Source: Amphiscolops sp. MND2022
Taxonomy: Eukaryota
Length of the DNA: 64,000 nt
Direction of reading: 5' to 3'
NCBI GenBank assembly: GCA_964187785.1
Contig: OZ076410.1
Location: forward strand, 63,612,001 to 63,676,000
Shown here: piece after piece, positions 13,862 through 25,053 of the stretch
Position numbering within the stretch: position 1 is the stretch's first letter
Layout of the letters: each line of letters starts with the position of its first letter
Program-made: the position numbers and the translations under genes
The notes under the pieces: model-generated
Databases searched by the model: none
What the model was told of the DNA's origin: nothing
What the model saw: only the letters and a program-made list of their open reading frames with translations

Positions 13862-14370
13862 GGGTGGCTGTAAATAGGTCAAAATGTTCTGGTCGAAATG
13901 ACAGAGGTCGAACTTTTTGATCGAATTGCAGGGATCGAATGGAATGCGGTCGAACTTGATCGAAGTCTTCGGGTCGGAAACGTTCTTTGTTTGCCTCAAG
14001 CCGTATGACTAATATAATGTGTGGCATATGCTGTGTATGCACGCTCGCCCTCACCGTCGCAAAGACCAGCTCCCACTACGATCGCTTCGCGATCTCCGTT
14101 CCCGCTGCGTCTTTGCTCCTGTTCGACCTCGCTTAGCAAGATGGGAACATAAGCGGCCCCAAGGGGCCGCGAGGCACTACAGGAAATGGGGACATATCCG
14201 AGACAGGTTTTATACTTTTCTAGAAAATTCTATCTGCAGAAATTCGATTTGTTTCCCAAAAATCAAAATTTCGATCCGAGTTGTTTTGATCCCATCCAAA
14301 ATTTGGTATGTTGACCCGAGGACTAACTCTGATTTTCGATCCCGTTCCTTCGACCTGTTTCCGCCCACCC
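13862..14370. mobile_element. MULE-like MITE with 9-bp TSD, carrying a short GC-rich 'B' element
   Basis: Imperfect TIRs gggtggctgtaaataggtc / gacctgtttccgcccaccc. TSD aaagaaggt (13853-61) / acagaaggt (14371-79). It splits the LINE RT frame. Confidence 0.85.
14005..14215 (+). mobile_element. Short GC-rich 'B' element (Helitron- or Crypton-like, unresolved)
   Basis: Perfect hairpin gcggcccc-aa-ggggccgc followed by gcacta. Reverse-orientation homologues at 14790-14905 joined to 16510-16595, and at 15666-15850. Confidence 0.6.
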
Positions 14371-15132
14371 ACAGAAGGTCTCAACTGGTCCGCACATGCT
14401 AGCAGAAGGTTAAAAAAAGCCTACGAACTTTTGTTCTCTGGGCCTGTACAAATAGCTGGTACTTCCTACTGTCACCTCTGGACTTTTTTGTGCCAAACAA
14501 TCAAAAGCCACAATAAACGCTCTAGAGAGGCTCCAATAGAAATCTGTGAAATGGATAATGGGCAACAAGGAGACTTGTTATGCCAACAGTTAGAGGCTAC
14601 TGGACTTTTTCCCGCTATCAATGTTTGTGCAGATGAGCGATCGCCTATTTTTTTTCGCTCAGTAGGGGAAACCGATATGGAACCAGTTTGTAGAAAACCA
14701 GTTTGTAGAATACCAGTTTGCAGAATTCTGGAACTGAAGAAAAACAACAAGACCAATAATGTTGGCATGATTCAAAGTACAAAACATGCCTAGAATATGT
14801 TCCGTTTTCCTCTAGTGCCCCGCAGCCACTTGGCGCCGCTTTTGTTCCTATCTTGCTGTGCGAGGTCGAACAGGAGCAAAGACCTAGCGGGAACGGAGAT
14901 CGCAGCAGGGTTTTCAATACCAATACCAATACCAATGCCACAATACCAATACTTTGGCCTTCAAAACCAATACCAATACCAATACCTTGAAAATTGTTCA
15001 ATACCAATACCAATACCAAAACCGTTTTTCTCAATACCAATACCAATTTCACCAATACCAAATAGAAGGGTTTACGTATTTCGAAATCGATATTGAATCG
15101 ATAATTCAATTCTTTCAGTTGCTATTGCTATA

Positions 15133-16351
15133 ATGACAGAACAATCCCCAAACGCGAGTGAGGCAAATACTGGTGACGTGATTCAGCTTCAGGCAACGGT
15201 GGAATACCGAGAGAATAAAGCTAGGAAGTCTCAAATCAATATTTTTTTAGTTGAATACAAGAACTGTATGCAAACTGAAATGAGAAAATGTTTGCGTTGT
15301 GGTATTTTGGTTAAGTCACCAAATGGAGGTACGACGGGATTATTGAAACACCGAAGTGCATGTTCCAAGAAAATTCCCAAACGAAAGGTCGATCGTGGTC
15401 AACTTTCTTTGGGATTTGCCAAAACTCAGAAATTGGAGCTCGCAAAGGGCTTCAAGTTGATAACGCAGTTGGTTTACAAAGATCAAATTCCGCTCAATAC
15501 GGTTACAAAGAGTGGAGCACTTCAACATATGTTTCAAAGGGAACAAGACGTTTCGGCAAAGACGTTTCGGCAAAAAAAAATTCGAGACGTTTCGGCAATT
15601 TTTTTGCCGAAACGTCCGCCGCCATGTTTTTGCCGAAACGTCTTTTGCCGAAACGTCCTGTTCCCCTCTCGGATCTGTCCCCATTTCCGTTAGTGCCCCG
15701 CGGCCCCTTGGGGCCGCTTATATTCCCATCTTGCTAGGCGAGGTCGAACAGGAGCAAAGACCTAGCGGGAACGGAGATCGCGAAGCGATCGTAATGGGAG
15801 CTGGTCTTTGCGACGGTGAGGGCGAGCGTGCATACATCGCATATATCATGCGAGACGTTTCAGCAATTTTTTTAGCCTGAGGCGTTTCGGCATATTTTTT
15901 TGCCGAAACGTCCGCCGCCATGTTTTTGCCGAAACGTCCGCCGCCATGTTTTTGCCGAAACGTCTTTTGCCGAAACGTCTTTTGCCGAAACGTCCGGAAT
16001 TCGTTCCAAACCCTTAACTACGGCAGTGGGACTTATCATTCCGTGAACAAAGCTCTCAACGCATCATATCATTCCATTATTGCGAAAATTATGGAACTGA
16101 TTGCAAACCGGGACAAAGATCAACTCTTGTATATCAGCTTCGATGAATATATCAGCTTCTTGTCCTCACAAGACAACAAAAAATTTACTGGAGCATGTTT
16201 ATATGTTCAAAACGAAAATGTGTGTCTTGGTCTGCTAAATTATACTGGTTTCTGCGGAGGTGAAGAGATTGGGCGTTTGTTGGTCAAACGACTGGAGATA
16301 TTCGGTTTGACACCCAGTGATATTTCGATAGCAAACTGTGCAAAAGCATAA
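15133..16351 (+). pseudogene. hAT transposase with BED zinc finger, interrupted at 15539-16002 and C-terminally deleted
   Basis: CLRC...GTTGLLKHRSAC BED finger. Removing the insertion and one TSD copy restores the frame (HMFQ|TLNYGSG...YISFDEY, first catalytic Asp region). Confidence 0.85.
15539..16002. mobile_element. MITE built of gacgtttcggcaaa/tttgccgaaacgtc repeats, containing a 'B' element
   Basis: TIR gggaacaagacgtttcggcaaa. 8-bp TSD-like gtttcaaa (15531-38) / gttccaaa (16003-10). A related half copy lies at 16595-16692. Confidence 0.8.
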
Positions 16352-17127
16352 ATAGACCCCCCAAAAAATATGGGATCAATACCAAAATTGATTATTGGTA
16401 TTGACCCAATACCAATACCTGACCCAGGTATTGGTCAATACTTCAATACCAATACCAATACCAAATGTCTCAATACCAATTCCATTTTTCGCAGGTATTG
16501 AAATCCCTGGATCGCAGAGCGATGGTAGCGGGAGCTGGTCTTTGTGACGGTGAGGGCGAGCGTGCATACACCGGATAAGGCCCACATATCATACGAAACG
16601 TTTCGGCAATGTTTTTAGCCTGAGACGTTTCTGCATATTTTTTTGCCGAAACGTCAGCCGCCATGTTTTTGCCGAAACGTCCGAACTCCACACCGATATG
16701 CCCCACATTTCAGTTTTTAGATCTTATTCCTTGGGCGGTGGAGCGCTACGATCTTGTGTGAAGGATGTCCAGTTTGTAGAAATTAATGATCCAGTTTGCA
16801 GAAAAAAAATTTCAAACTGGACCACCTAGGACCAGGTTGTAGAATTCTACAAACTGGACCTATTTCGGGGAAACCTGGCAAACATTCTGAAATTACAGAC
16901 CAAAATGACTTGCAGCGCACGCTGACCCATGAACTATCAATTGAAAATCCCCCAGACTGAGAGAAGCCGTAGTGATTTTTTTTTGGGAATTGTTAGATCG
17001 TGAACAATGGTAATGATTGCGTTGACATTGGCAAAGGAACATTTCTCAAAGACAGACTTCTCTGCGATATGTGGAGGCACTACAATAACCAGTTCGACGA
17101 AGATAACTCTTGAACATGGTTGAGGGT

Positions 17128-17472
17128 GGGTGGCTGTAAGTAGGTCGAATTTTTCTGGTCGAAAGGACAGAGGTCGAACCTATTGATCGAATTGCAGGGA
17201 TCGCATGGAATGCGGTCGAATATATCGTATTTGTTGTTTGGCTCGGTCGCTTCGCTCCCTTCGCCAAGTAGCAACATTGAGGCATGGCCATATGGCACGT
17301 CGCTCCGCTTTGCTTCGCTCCTGCATTCAGGGCACTAGGGGTATGTGAACATATCTGACTACGTTATAAAAATTTCGATCCGAGTTGTTTCGATCCCATT
17401 CAAAAATGTATGTCGACCTGAGGACTAACTCTGATTTTTGATCCCGTTCCTTCGACCTACTTCAGCCCACCC
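17128..17472. mobile_element. MULE-like MITE (same shell as 13862-14370) with perfect 9-bp TSD, carrying a 'D' element
   Basis: TSD gttgagggt at 17119-27 and 17473-81. Left and right arms are homologous to 13862-13980 and 14270-14370. Confidence 0.9.
17228..17369 (+). mobile_element. Short GC-rich 'D' element (cgctccgctttgcttcgctcc...gggcactag)
   Basis: Near-identical reverse copy at 55787-55927 and a diverged relative at about 52590-52690. Confidence 0.7.
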
Positions 17473-17779
17473 GTTGAGGGTGTGCGACTGTGGACAATGT
17501 AGAAACATGGGACGAAGATGTTAAAAAAATTGGGAGACATTCCATCGGCGAAAGCTGAAAGTCAACATCAACAACAAATAAATTTAACCTCCCTTGTAAC
17601 CTTGGAGAAGCTTTCCGTCACCCCTGTATAGAAAGGTATATTGAAGAAACTCGGCAATATGCAACAACTGACATTTAACTTTTTTTTTCTTTAGTTCACT
17701 GCATATAAATATATATTTTTTGAAAGAGCCTGTCCAATTCGATTTCTGATAAGAAACAGACTTCAGTAGGATTCCGAAG

Positions 17780-19701
17780 GGGTCAGGGACATTTCGTCAC
17801 CAGCCATTTGGGCGACAAAAATTTCAGCCCGTTTCGGCGACAAAAATGTCGCCCAAATGTCCCGTCGACAAAATGTTCCCCAAATGGGTCTAAGTGCTTT
17901 TGATTCAACATGGTTTAGACAAAAATTCTTTTAGAAACTCCGCAAAAAGTATTTTTAACGTGATGAAAAATAAACTTTCATACATTAAACTCACTTCCAT
18001 ACATGGTAGTATCAACATCAAACAAATGCTCATTGTCTTTGTTTTTATATGATACAATATCGTTCAACATGACGGATGGCAAAATATTTCCAGCAGAGTA
18101 AGACTCCCAGAGAGAAATGATATGGGCTTGGAATGACTGTGTGGAGGCTCGTTGAAATTTATAGATACATGCTCGACGAACAAGTGAGGCTGTTAAAGGA
18201 ACCATCTCAGCTCTCTCCTGTAAAATTTGCAGTAGTAGGTCAAACTGCAAATTATTCCTTCCAGCACGGGAATTTAGCTGATGGTGAAATCCTTCTACAT
18301 CATTGTTGGTGCGTATAGGACAGCCAAACATATTCACATCTTTCATTCGCCATATGCCATGTAACAACCAGGTAGATTTGTAATAATCAAACAGGTTCAA
18401 CAACTCTTTGTCGTCTTCGGGCACCTGACAACATAACTGATCATACTCTGCTTGAACAGCCGGAAGTGGCAAATAAATTAAGGACATTAGTTTGCGACAG
18501 ATAATGTAGGTGCCTTCATCTGATAAGTACCGTGTCGACAAACCAATTTTCTGAATCCTTCTCATAACAGCTTGTGTATGATGAAAAGCACACCCTTTAA
18601 TGTCAACGTCAAATACTTCACGTGCGGCCAGCCACATTGCAACTTCAAAGTCAATGACGAACCGCTCAGGAGCCACTGATGGAGCAATTTTTTTAATAGT
18701 TCGCAAAACAGCAACATAATCCGCTTTGCTTTTTCCTGACATGAGGACGAATAATAAAGGGACTTGCTTCATGATTGTTCCATATTCAATGTACGCATGA
18801 ATACCCCACAGTTGAGTGAAAGGAGGTTTAACTATTTTGAAAGTTTCGTCAACGTAATAAATCTTTGCCTCTTCAAGATATTCCAATTGTTTCTCGGTTG
18901 CAAAAATCAAATGGCGACGTGATTGCATCTTAATGTCAGCCTTTAGAAATTGTTTAAACGATTCGTCTATTTCAAACTCCAGGTCAACTGGATCGTCGGG
19001 GCGTAAGGATTTCCGTGCACGATTAATTGCCCTAGATATGGCATTGACCGATGGTGTGTCGGGATGTGATGAATTTTTAAATTCTTGCACAAGTAACTGG
19101 CAGATGAAAATAAATTTTCTTATCCCTTTGCTTCACCGGACGCGTACAGCTTTCGCTTCTTCCTTTTCCCATTGCTAGAGGCATGATTGTGAATCTTGGC
19201 ATTAGGCGTGTATATCCCATTCTTGAACACAACACAAACGCCTTAACCAGTCTTCCGAGAAGTGCATCGATAATATGAGTTGCCGTTTCGACAGCGCATG
19301 CAATTAAATTCGTGTCCATCTGACGATTGCAACAAATCGCGCCCACGCGTTGATCCGTTTTTCAAGAGCTCGAATGTAATCTCTCCGTTTTGTATTTCTC
19401 TCAACGGCTGTGGGTCCTCCAATTGAATTTCACAAGGTTGGCCTCTCTCGTCATTCGATTCCTCTGATTCATCCGAAGTGAACTCGGGATTGTAATCCTC
19501 AAAGTAAATGCCCAGCTCCTCCGCGGTCAGCATTGCAATTCTTAAATACAAAATTCGTAATCAGCGGACACTAATTTAGGTATAAAGCAACGGTAACTAC
19601 ATTACTCAATTTGATCAACCCATTTGGTCGACATTTTTGTCGCCCATGTGACCGACGCCATAGTGTCGCCCAAATGGCTGGTGACGAAATGTCCCTGCCC
19701 C
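17780..19701 (-). mobile_element. Mutator/MULE DNA transposon, near-intact
   Basis: TIRs gggtcagggacatttcgtcaccagccatttgggcgac / gtcgcccaaatggctggtgacgaaatgtccctgcccc. TSD ttccgaag (17772-79, 19702-09), or 9 bp with one mismatch. Confidence 0.95.
17978..19551 (-). pseudogene. MULE transposase (FLYWCH-like N-terminus + DDE domain), one stop and one frameshift
   Basis: 370-aa ORF with YVDETF, IDFE, GCAFH and RTNNDVEGFH motifs. The upstream ORF 19243-19551 has a FLYWCH-like YYRCTSRK followed by a stop and continues in another frame. Confidence 0.9.
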
Positions 19702-19749
19702 TTCCGAAGTCCTGGAGAAACTTGTAAATGTAATGGCTTGGAAGCTGAC

Positions 19750-20530
19750 ACCCAAGATATAACAACAAATTTTTAGGTTGAACTGACGTTTGAGCAAAAT
19801 GGATATCCTCCTCAATTTTATGGAAATATTGTTCGGGACACTATCAACAAGATTCGGAATGTCGCAAGTCCAATCAACCGACAGGACACAGGTGGGGGAA
19901 AGCTGTGGAAAAGAGCAAGGAACTCCCTTTTGATGTTACAGTGTAGGGGCCAGGAAAGCGATAGATTTGCACGCAGACTGTGAACCCATGGAGTGTTGAC
20001 TATTTTCACCACCAGGAAACTCAAAAGCTGCCTACCAAGCCTAAAGGATCCAATACCTGAAGAACTCTCGAGTAAAGTGATCTACCAAATTGAATGTCCG
20101 GGATGCCACTCCCGCTATGTCCGCCAAACGGCCAGACATGTGATCACAGACTGGGAGAACACAGGAGGAAGTCATCGCCACTGGGAAGGCATTTTGGTGA
20201 ATGCGCAGTTAAAACAGGCGAAGTGACGGCGACAGTACTGGACCGATGCACGAACGTCAACAAATTACTGACGATGGAAGCTCTGTACATCGCGAGGACT
20301 AGGCCGATATTGAACCAACGAGAGGAATACCGCTCGAGGGACCTAACGTTAAAATTATAGTTGTTGGAAATTTTGTATTTCCCTCTATGATATCTCATTT
20401 TTATTGTACATGATTTACTCCATTGCGTGATGTTTTTAGCTTTATACCTTGGGTATTTTATAATGATTGTGTATTTTCAGTTACTGATGATGATTCCTTG
20501 GAATTGAAAACGTTTTAACATTGAGAAACC
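19750..20530 (+). mobile_element. Penelope-like retroelement 3' part (GIY-YIG endonuclease, frameshifted)
   Basis: FEQNGYPP linker. SKVIYQIECPGCHSRYV(R/G)QT...RLGEH...EALYI...RPILN across ORFs 19993-20226 and 20094-20360. AT-rich tail with a hammerhead motif. Confidence 0.9.
20474..20527 (+). ncRNA. Minimal type I hammerhead ribozyme of the Penelope-like element
   Basis: CUGAUGA at 20484-90, stem II GAUUC-cuug-GAAUU, GAAA at 20506-09, palindromic stem III AACGUU. Stem I guua/uaac is extended by uuuuca/ugagaa. Predicted cleavage after 20515. Confidence 0.8.
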
Positions 20531-21944
20531 TTTTTGTATTTTTTGAGGTTGAAGTTTGACGAGAATCAACGCAACGGAATTGCTAGTTGAGAATTGTTTT
20601 CCAAACGTGAAGACATTGATATAGCTGGTGTACGTCAATGTACAAACAAAAAAACAAGTAAATTAAGAATCAGTATGATGATACATACACATACCACGTC
20701 ACCTTATATAAAAAAAGTGTTACAATTATTAATAGTACGCTATCAATTATTGATAATAATAAAAAACCCATTGAATAAAAAAAACTATTTGCATGCTTAT
20801 TGGATGATCACGGAGGGATAAGAAAATGAAGCACCAAAAAAGGATTGTCAGATGAAGCACCGAAGAGCTCTCTCAAATGAAGCACCAAAAATGGATTGTC
20901 ATGTATCTAGGACAGCCTACCCTCTTGCACGATTGCGCCTATTGATGATTCTTCAATAGGGTGACTACGGCGTAGAGCCCTGCATCCGCGCAGGCTGAGA
21001 ATGGAGCTTGGATGTCAATGTACAAACTCTTTTTTATACGAATTCGAGATATCAGAAATCAGAAGATTCATTACGGCATCGATTATCTCGGGGCGGTTTT
21101 TCAATAGTGTCTTCTATGCTTCGAACAAACTGTGGTGAAAACTATGCCTGACTAGTTTGAAAAACCTTTTTTTTGAACAAAAATTTCAATTGTCGGTATA
21201 AAAATATTCTGTATCGGGCTCAATTTTAAATCGCTCCGAGTTTACACACTTTGGAGCCAGCTCATTAACTCGATTTGGGCCAAAATCTGAAATTCAGACA
21301 CCTATAAACACGAAATGTGATCGCTGATATACTGGATTTTTGTCCGCATTGTAGAGGCTCAGATGAATTGATCTTTGTTGTTTTTCAGAAATCTTTGGAA
21401 TCAATCGCGTGGGATGACTGGAAGGATATCACAGCGTCTTTTGCCAATAGATCGAATTGTTCGGGTGCGGAAAAGGTCATCGATTTCTACGAATTATGTG
21501 AAACAGGATTATCACAGAGACGTTCGATCGATTCATGGAACGCAATTTTTGTGAGTTCCATTGAAATTTTTGTACCTTGGCAAAATTTTCAATTTATTTG
21601 AAGGATTGTAAGATTTATATTTTAGTGAATTTGCCAATTTTCTATCGATTCATCTAAAATTTTCCTAACTATGCCTCAGTTATTTTTGTTGTACCGCGAG
21701 TATTCATTCGCTTGGGGAGTACTGTCGACGAGGTACCAGAACCTTGAAAATTGGTTCCGGAAGTCAGTGCCTGGCAATCGATTATTGGATGTACGATTAA
21801 TTGCAATAATTGTCTGTCCAAAATGGTTGGAGGATGTAGCCCAGAGCGAGTTGGAAATAACGTCCAAGACTTTTTAGAATTAAAGTCCAACAAGGTTTTC
21901 CGATAAATTTACCGAGAAATTTTCTGGAAAGTGAAACACTACTC

Positions 21945-22010
21945 GGCCTTCGTCAAAACCAGCCATTAGACCGGTAATGAATGCCAACGCTCTAACCACT
22001 AGCCCAACTT
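21945..22010 (-). mobile_element. Degenerate tRNA-derived SINE head
   Basis: Minus strand reads TGGGCTAGTGGTTAGAGCG (A-box like). The B box is decayed and there is no cloverleaf. Confidence 0.35.
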
Positions 22011-22894
22011 GCATATGGAGGGCAACTTACATTGGCCATCCTATCCATTTTCGTCGCGTTCGTGTCTGTATCAAATAAAAGAGAACGGACTGTAATAGCG
22101 TGGCAATTTCAGTCCCAAGTGCGCTCAATAAGAACATCTAATCCTGGAAATATTTGAGTGATTTCTGCATGTTCCAGGGAAAGAAGAAAGACGACGAATT
22201 TGTAAGCCTTGAATATGAAGCAACCATGAATTTGGGACATTTTTTGAAGACTGTCAAGAAATACTGTTATTCGGCCGTTTCCAGTAAGAGTCAACGTAAA
22301 TTGGACATTGGTGTTTATTCTGTATCGGATATCGAATATAGTTAGTAGCTTCATTTTTTACATTAGGGTACTTTTACAGAAGTTTACGCGCACACCTAGT
22401 GTTTTCGAAATTGAAGCTCATATTTCTGCAATTCTACTGCTTAATTTGTTGCACAATGCTCTCCAAATGCACACAAAGTAAGACTTTGACTACTGATGGT
22501 GATCAGCATCTATGTATTTTTATTCGTAATAATAATTGCAAATTTTGGAAAATGCAAAACTATTATTATTGTTGAAGGTTTCTTCAAAATATTGCAAATT
22601 ATCATAAATATGAAATAACGACGGGAGTAGCAACATTGAAGAGATCTGATTTGACACTTGAATCTCAACGGATCCTTACCTAATGAAACAAGATTGATTT
22701 CAGATTTTCAGATATGTCCGTCAGACAGCGAACGGCTTACACTATTTTCTGTGGACTCACCTTGGTGGTTTCTAAATGTTCTAAACGCAACGGAAGCATT
22801 CCACTTCCAGCAAAACTTCACCTAGGCATTCAGACTAGAAGAAAAAACAATGATAGAAATTTTCTTCACTAAAACTCGGACGAAATATAAGTGG

Positions 22895-23614
22895 TAGGAC
22901 TAATATTTTTTCGACTTGAGCTTAAGCGCTCAATTTTCGAGCGGCTCGATTTTTATCCAAATTGGTAAAATAACGCCGTAGGAGAACGATCGAAATAGAG
23001 AACAAGCCGGGACCGGCCCAAGTCGGCGCCATATCCAAGGCTCACAAATAGCAAAAGGACTTCCAAGTGTCAATTTACAGTACTCGAAAATCGAAGAAGC
23101 AAAAAAAAATGGACCGAGTGGCACGCGGGGCCCGCTAAAAGGGAGACACTTCCGAAATTGTCAACATTTTTGTCGCCGTTGAAGGGGGACCCTTTGAAGA
23201 AAAAACAAATTTTCGAAAAAAAGTCTCACAATGCCGAAAAACTTAAAGGGGGACCCTTTGGGGTTTTTCAACATCCACTCTGTCGCAAAACATCAAAAAA
23301 TTGAAGGGGGAATTTTATTTTCTGGAAAAAAACTGAAAGGGGGGACCCTTTGGGATTTTCCAACAACCATTCTGACGCAAAACACCAAAAAAATTGAAGG
23401 AGGACCCTTTGGGGAAAATTTTTTTCCAAAAAGTCTCGCAGTGCCGAAAAAAAAATTAAAGGGGGTACCCTTTGGTCTCGACCGATATGGTTTGTTACGC
23501 GGAAAAACAGGAAAAAACTTTTTGGTTCAGTTCGCAATTTGGTGCAATAATATTTTGTAGAACTTTTATAGTCGCGTTTCACTTCATAAAGCGCCGACTA
23601 AAAACTAAGTCCTA
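22895..23614. mobile_element. Non-autonomous TIR repeat ('gggggaccctttg' family) with TAG...CTA termini
   Basis: taggactaatattttttcg / cgactaaaaactaagtccta imperfect TIRs, flanks aagtgg / gagtgg. Internal modules recur at 35450-36070, 40745-41510, 46600-47130 and 49500-50075. Confidence 0.65.
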
Positions 23615-25053
23615 GAGTGGCGAAAAACACAGTGATGCCAGTGGAAGGATGTAAAACCCACAAAGGGTCCTTCGTACTAAAATTTCCGGGGCATCAATCA
23701 ACGATGCAACCCGTGGTTTCTTCATTTTCGAAAATAATGATCAGAAAAATCCACGTCACTTGGAGTTTTCACTTGATAACATTCAGTACATAACATATTC
23801 ACTTGATAACATGCAGTACATTTGTTTATAATTAGCGTTAGCTATGTGGTTATGACTCTAATTAGGTCATCGGGTACAAGTAGGATGATTTATTTCATTT
23901 CGTGGATTTCTTCCGAAGCATATGGCGATCGAAGTTTGATTTCGAATAGGTACAGGTTTCGTTCAATTAGAAAATTCAGGACTTTTGTTCCTCGATAACG
24001 CAATGAAAACTTTTCCCAATTCTTCGAGTGATGTAGTAGCAAAAATTTCGTTGCGACTGCTTCTGAGTGCAAACCTCATTATCTCATAGGAATATAGCTG
24101 TGAAACACTAAAAATGTTCGCTTTAAACTTTTCAGATTCGATGTTTAGTTCACAGTTTAAAGAAAATTAGCCTTAGTTTTCGTTGTATAACTGCAATTTT
24201 ATTTAGATGCATTATTTACGTTCCTCCCTAAAGAAGAATACCGTATTGCAAAACAGGTTTGATAGTGATTGTAGTACATGAAGATAACATCATGCGATAC
24301 AAAATGCCTTAATTTGGATACAACACATCGCTTGGAAACCTTTATGGAAACGATATCGATATGACCGATAAATTTCAATTCATTATTCCGACTTACGCCC
24401 AAGTATTTGAGACAGTTAACATTTCCAATTCGTTAACATAAATTTGCAGGTGATTTGAGGCGGAAGGAAACATAGTTTAACCAACCTCTTATCAGAGTCT
24501 TATAATCAATCAATTCCCCAGAAGCAACCAAATGCTGAAGCTGGATAGTCGCTGGTTTTACCGAATTACTGTCAAAACGGTGACTCTATCATTCATTTGA
24601 CAGTTTAAATCAATTATAATTTTGTGAATTCTTGAAATTTTGTTCGAATCATTGTTTTTCCGCTTGGTGCCTCGTGATATGAACACTCATTCTGTTTCTG
24701 ACAAGACTGTGAGAGTAAGACAATCAAATTAATGAGTTGCATAATAACCACTAGATGAAATTTTGCTAATATTTCGGTAAACTTATATGATGTACTATAA
24801 GCGCTTGAAAACAGCAGAAAGCCTTCAGCTTCCCATTCAAGAACATCAAATTGCGGAAAGCAGTCGTAAGAAAATTGTATGAGCATGAATAAGGTATAAT
24901 AATCTCAATCTTTCTGATCTGTCCAGAAGGTTTGTTGAAAAGAAACATGGCGTCTCATGTCTGCCTTTTTGATTGGAAAGAAAGTGGTGTGCATACTTCC
25001 AAGATGGTACAATACTCTTTCGATATCCCCTATTATATTAGTATAAATGTCAG

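Larger units (their letters stand above)
14906..16509 (+). mobile_element. hAT DNA transposon, internally deleted
   Basis: TIR cagggttttcaatacc / ggtattgaaatccctg. Perfect 8-bp TSD gatcgcag (14898-905, 16510-17). (AATACC)n subterminal arrays at both ends. Confidence 0.92.
14674..16866. mobile_element. MULE-like MITE (ccagtttgtagaa TIR repeats) with perfect 9-bp TSD, hosting a nest of insertions
   Basis: TSD ggggaaacc at 14665-73 and 16867-75. Termini gatatggaaccagtttgtagaa / ttctacaaactggacctatttc. Confidence 0.85.
11750..16960 (+). mobile_element. Decayed CR1/L2-like LINE (ORF1 remnant + RT), interrupted by nested DNA elements
   Basis: ORF1-like coiled coil and RRLGKFDKERKKSRIV at about 11.9-12.4 kb. 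RT motifs PFYKKGDKQLVKNYRPASLL, NQHGF, KVFDGVPH, SGVLQRS, FCIFINDLP, IFADN and DLGIFV at 13.1-13.86 kb. The frame resumes at LNWSAH (14380) after one MITE and again at 16876 after a second. Confidence 0.85.

Noticed and set aside
14645-15109. 154-aa and 99-aa ORFs rich in LVLV / IPIP
   Set aside because: Artefacts of the (AATACC)n subterminal repeats of the hAT element.
15340-15921. Overlapping ORFs in several frames with FCRNV / DVSAK repeats
   Set aside because: Translations of the palindromic gccgaaacgtc MITE repeats.
20908-21005. Twister or HDV-like ribozyme
   Set aside because: The required pseudoknot pairings and conserved UAA / L3 motifs could not be placed on either strand.
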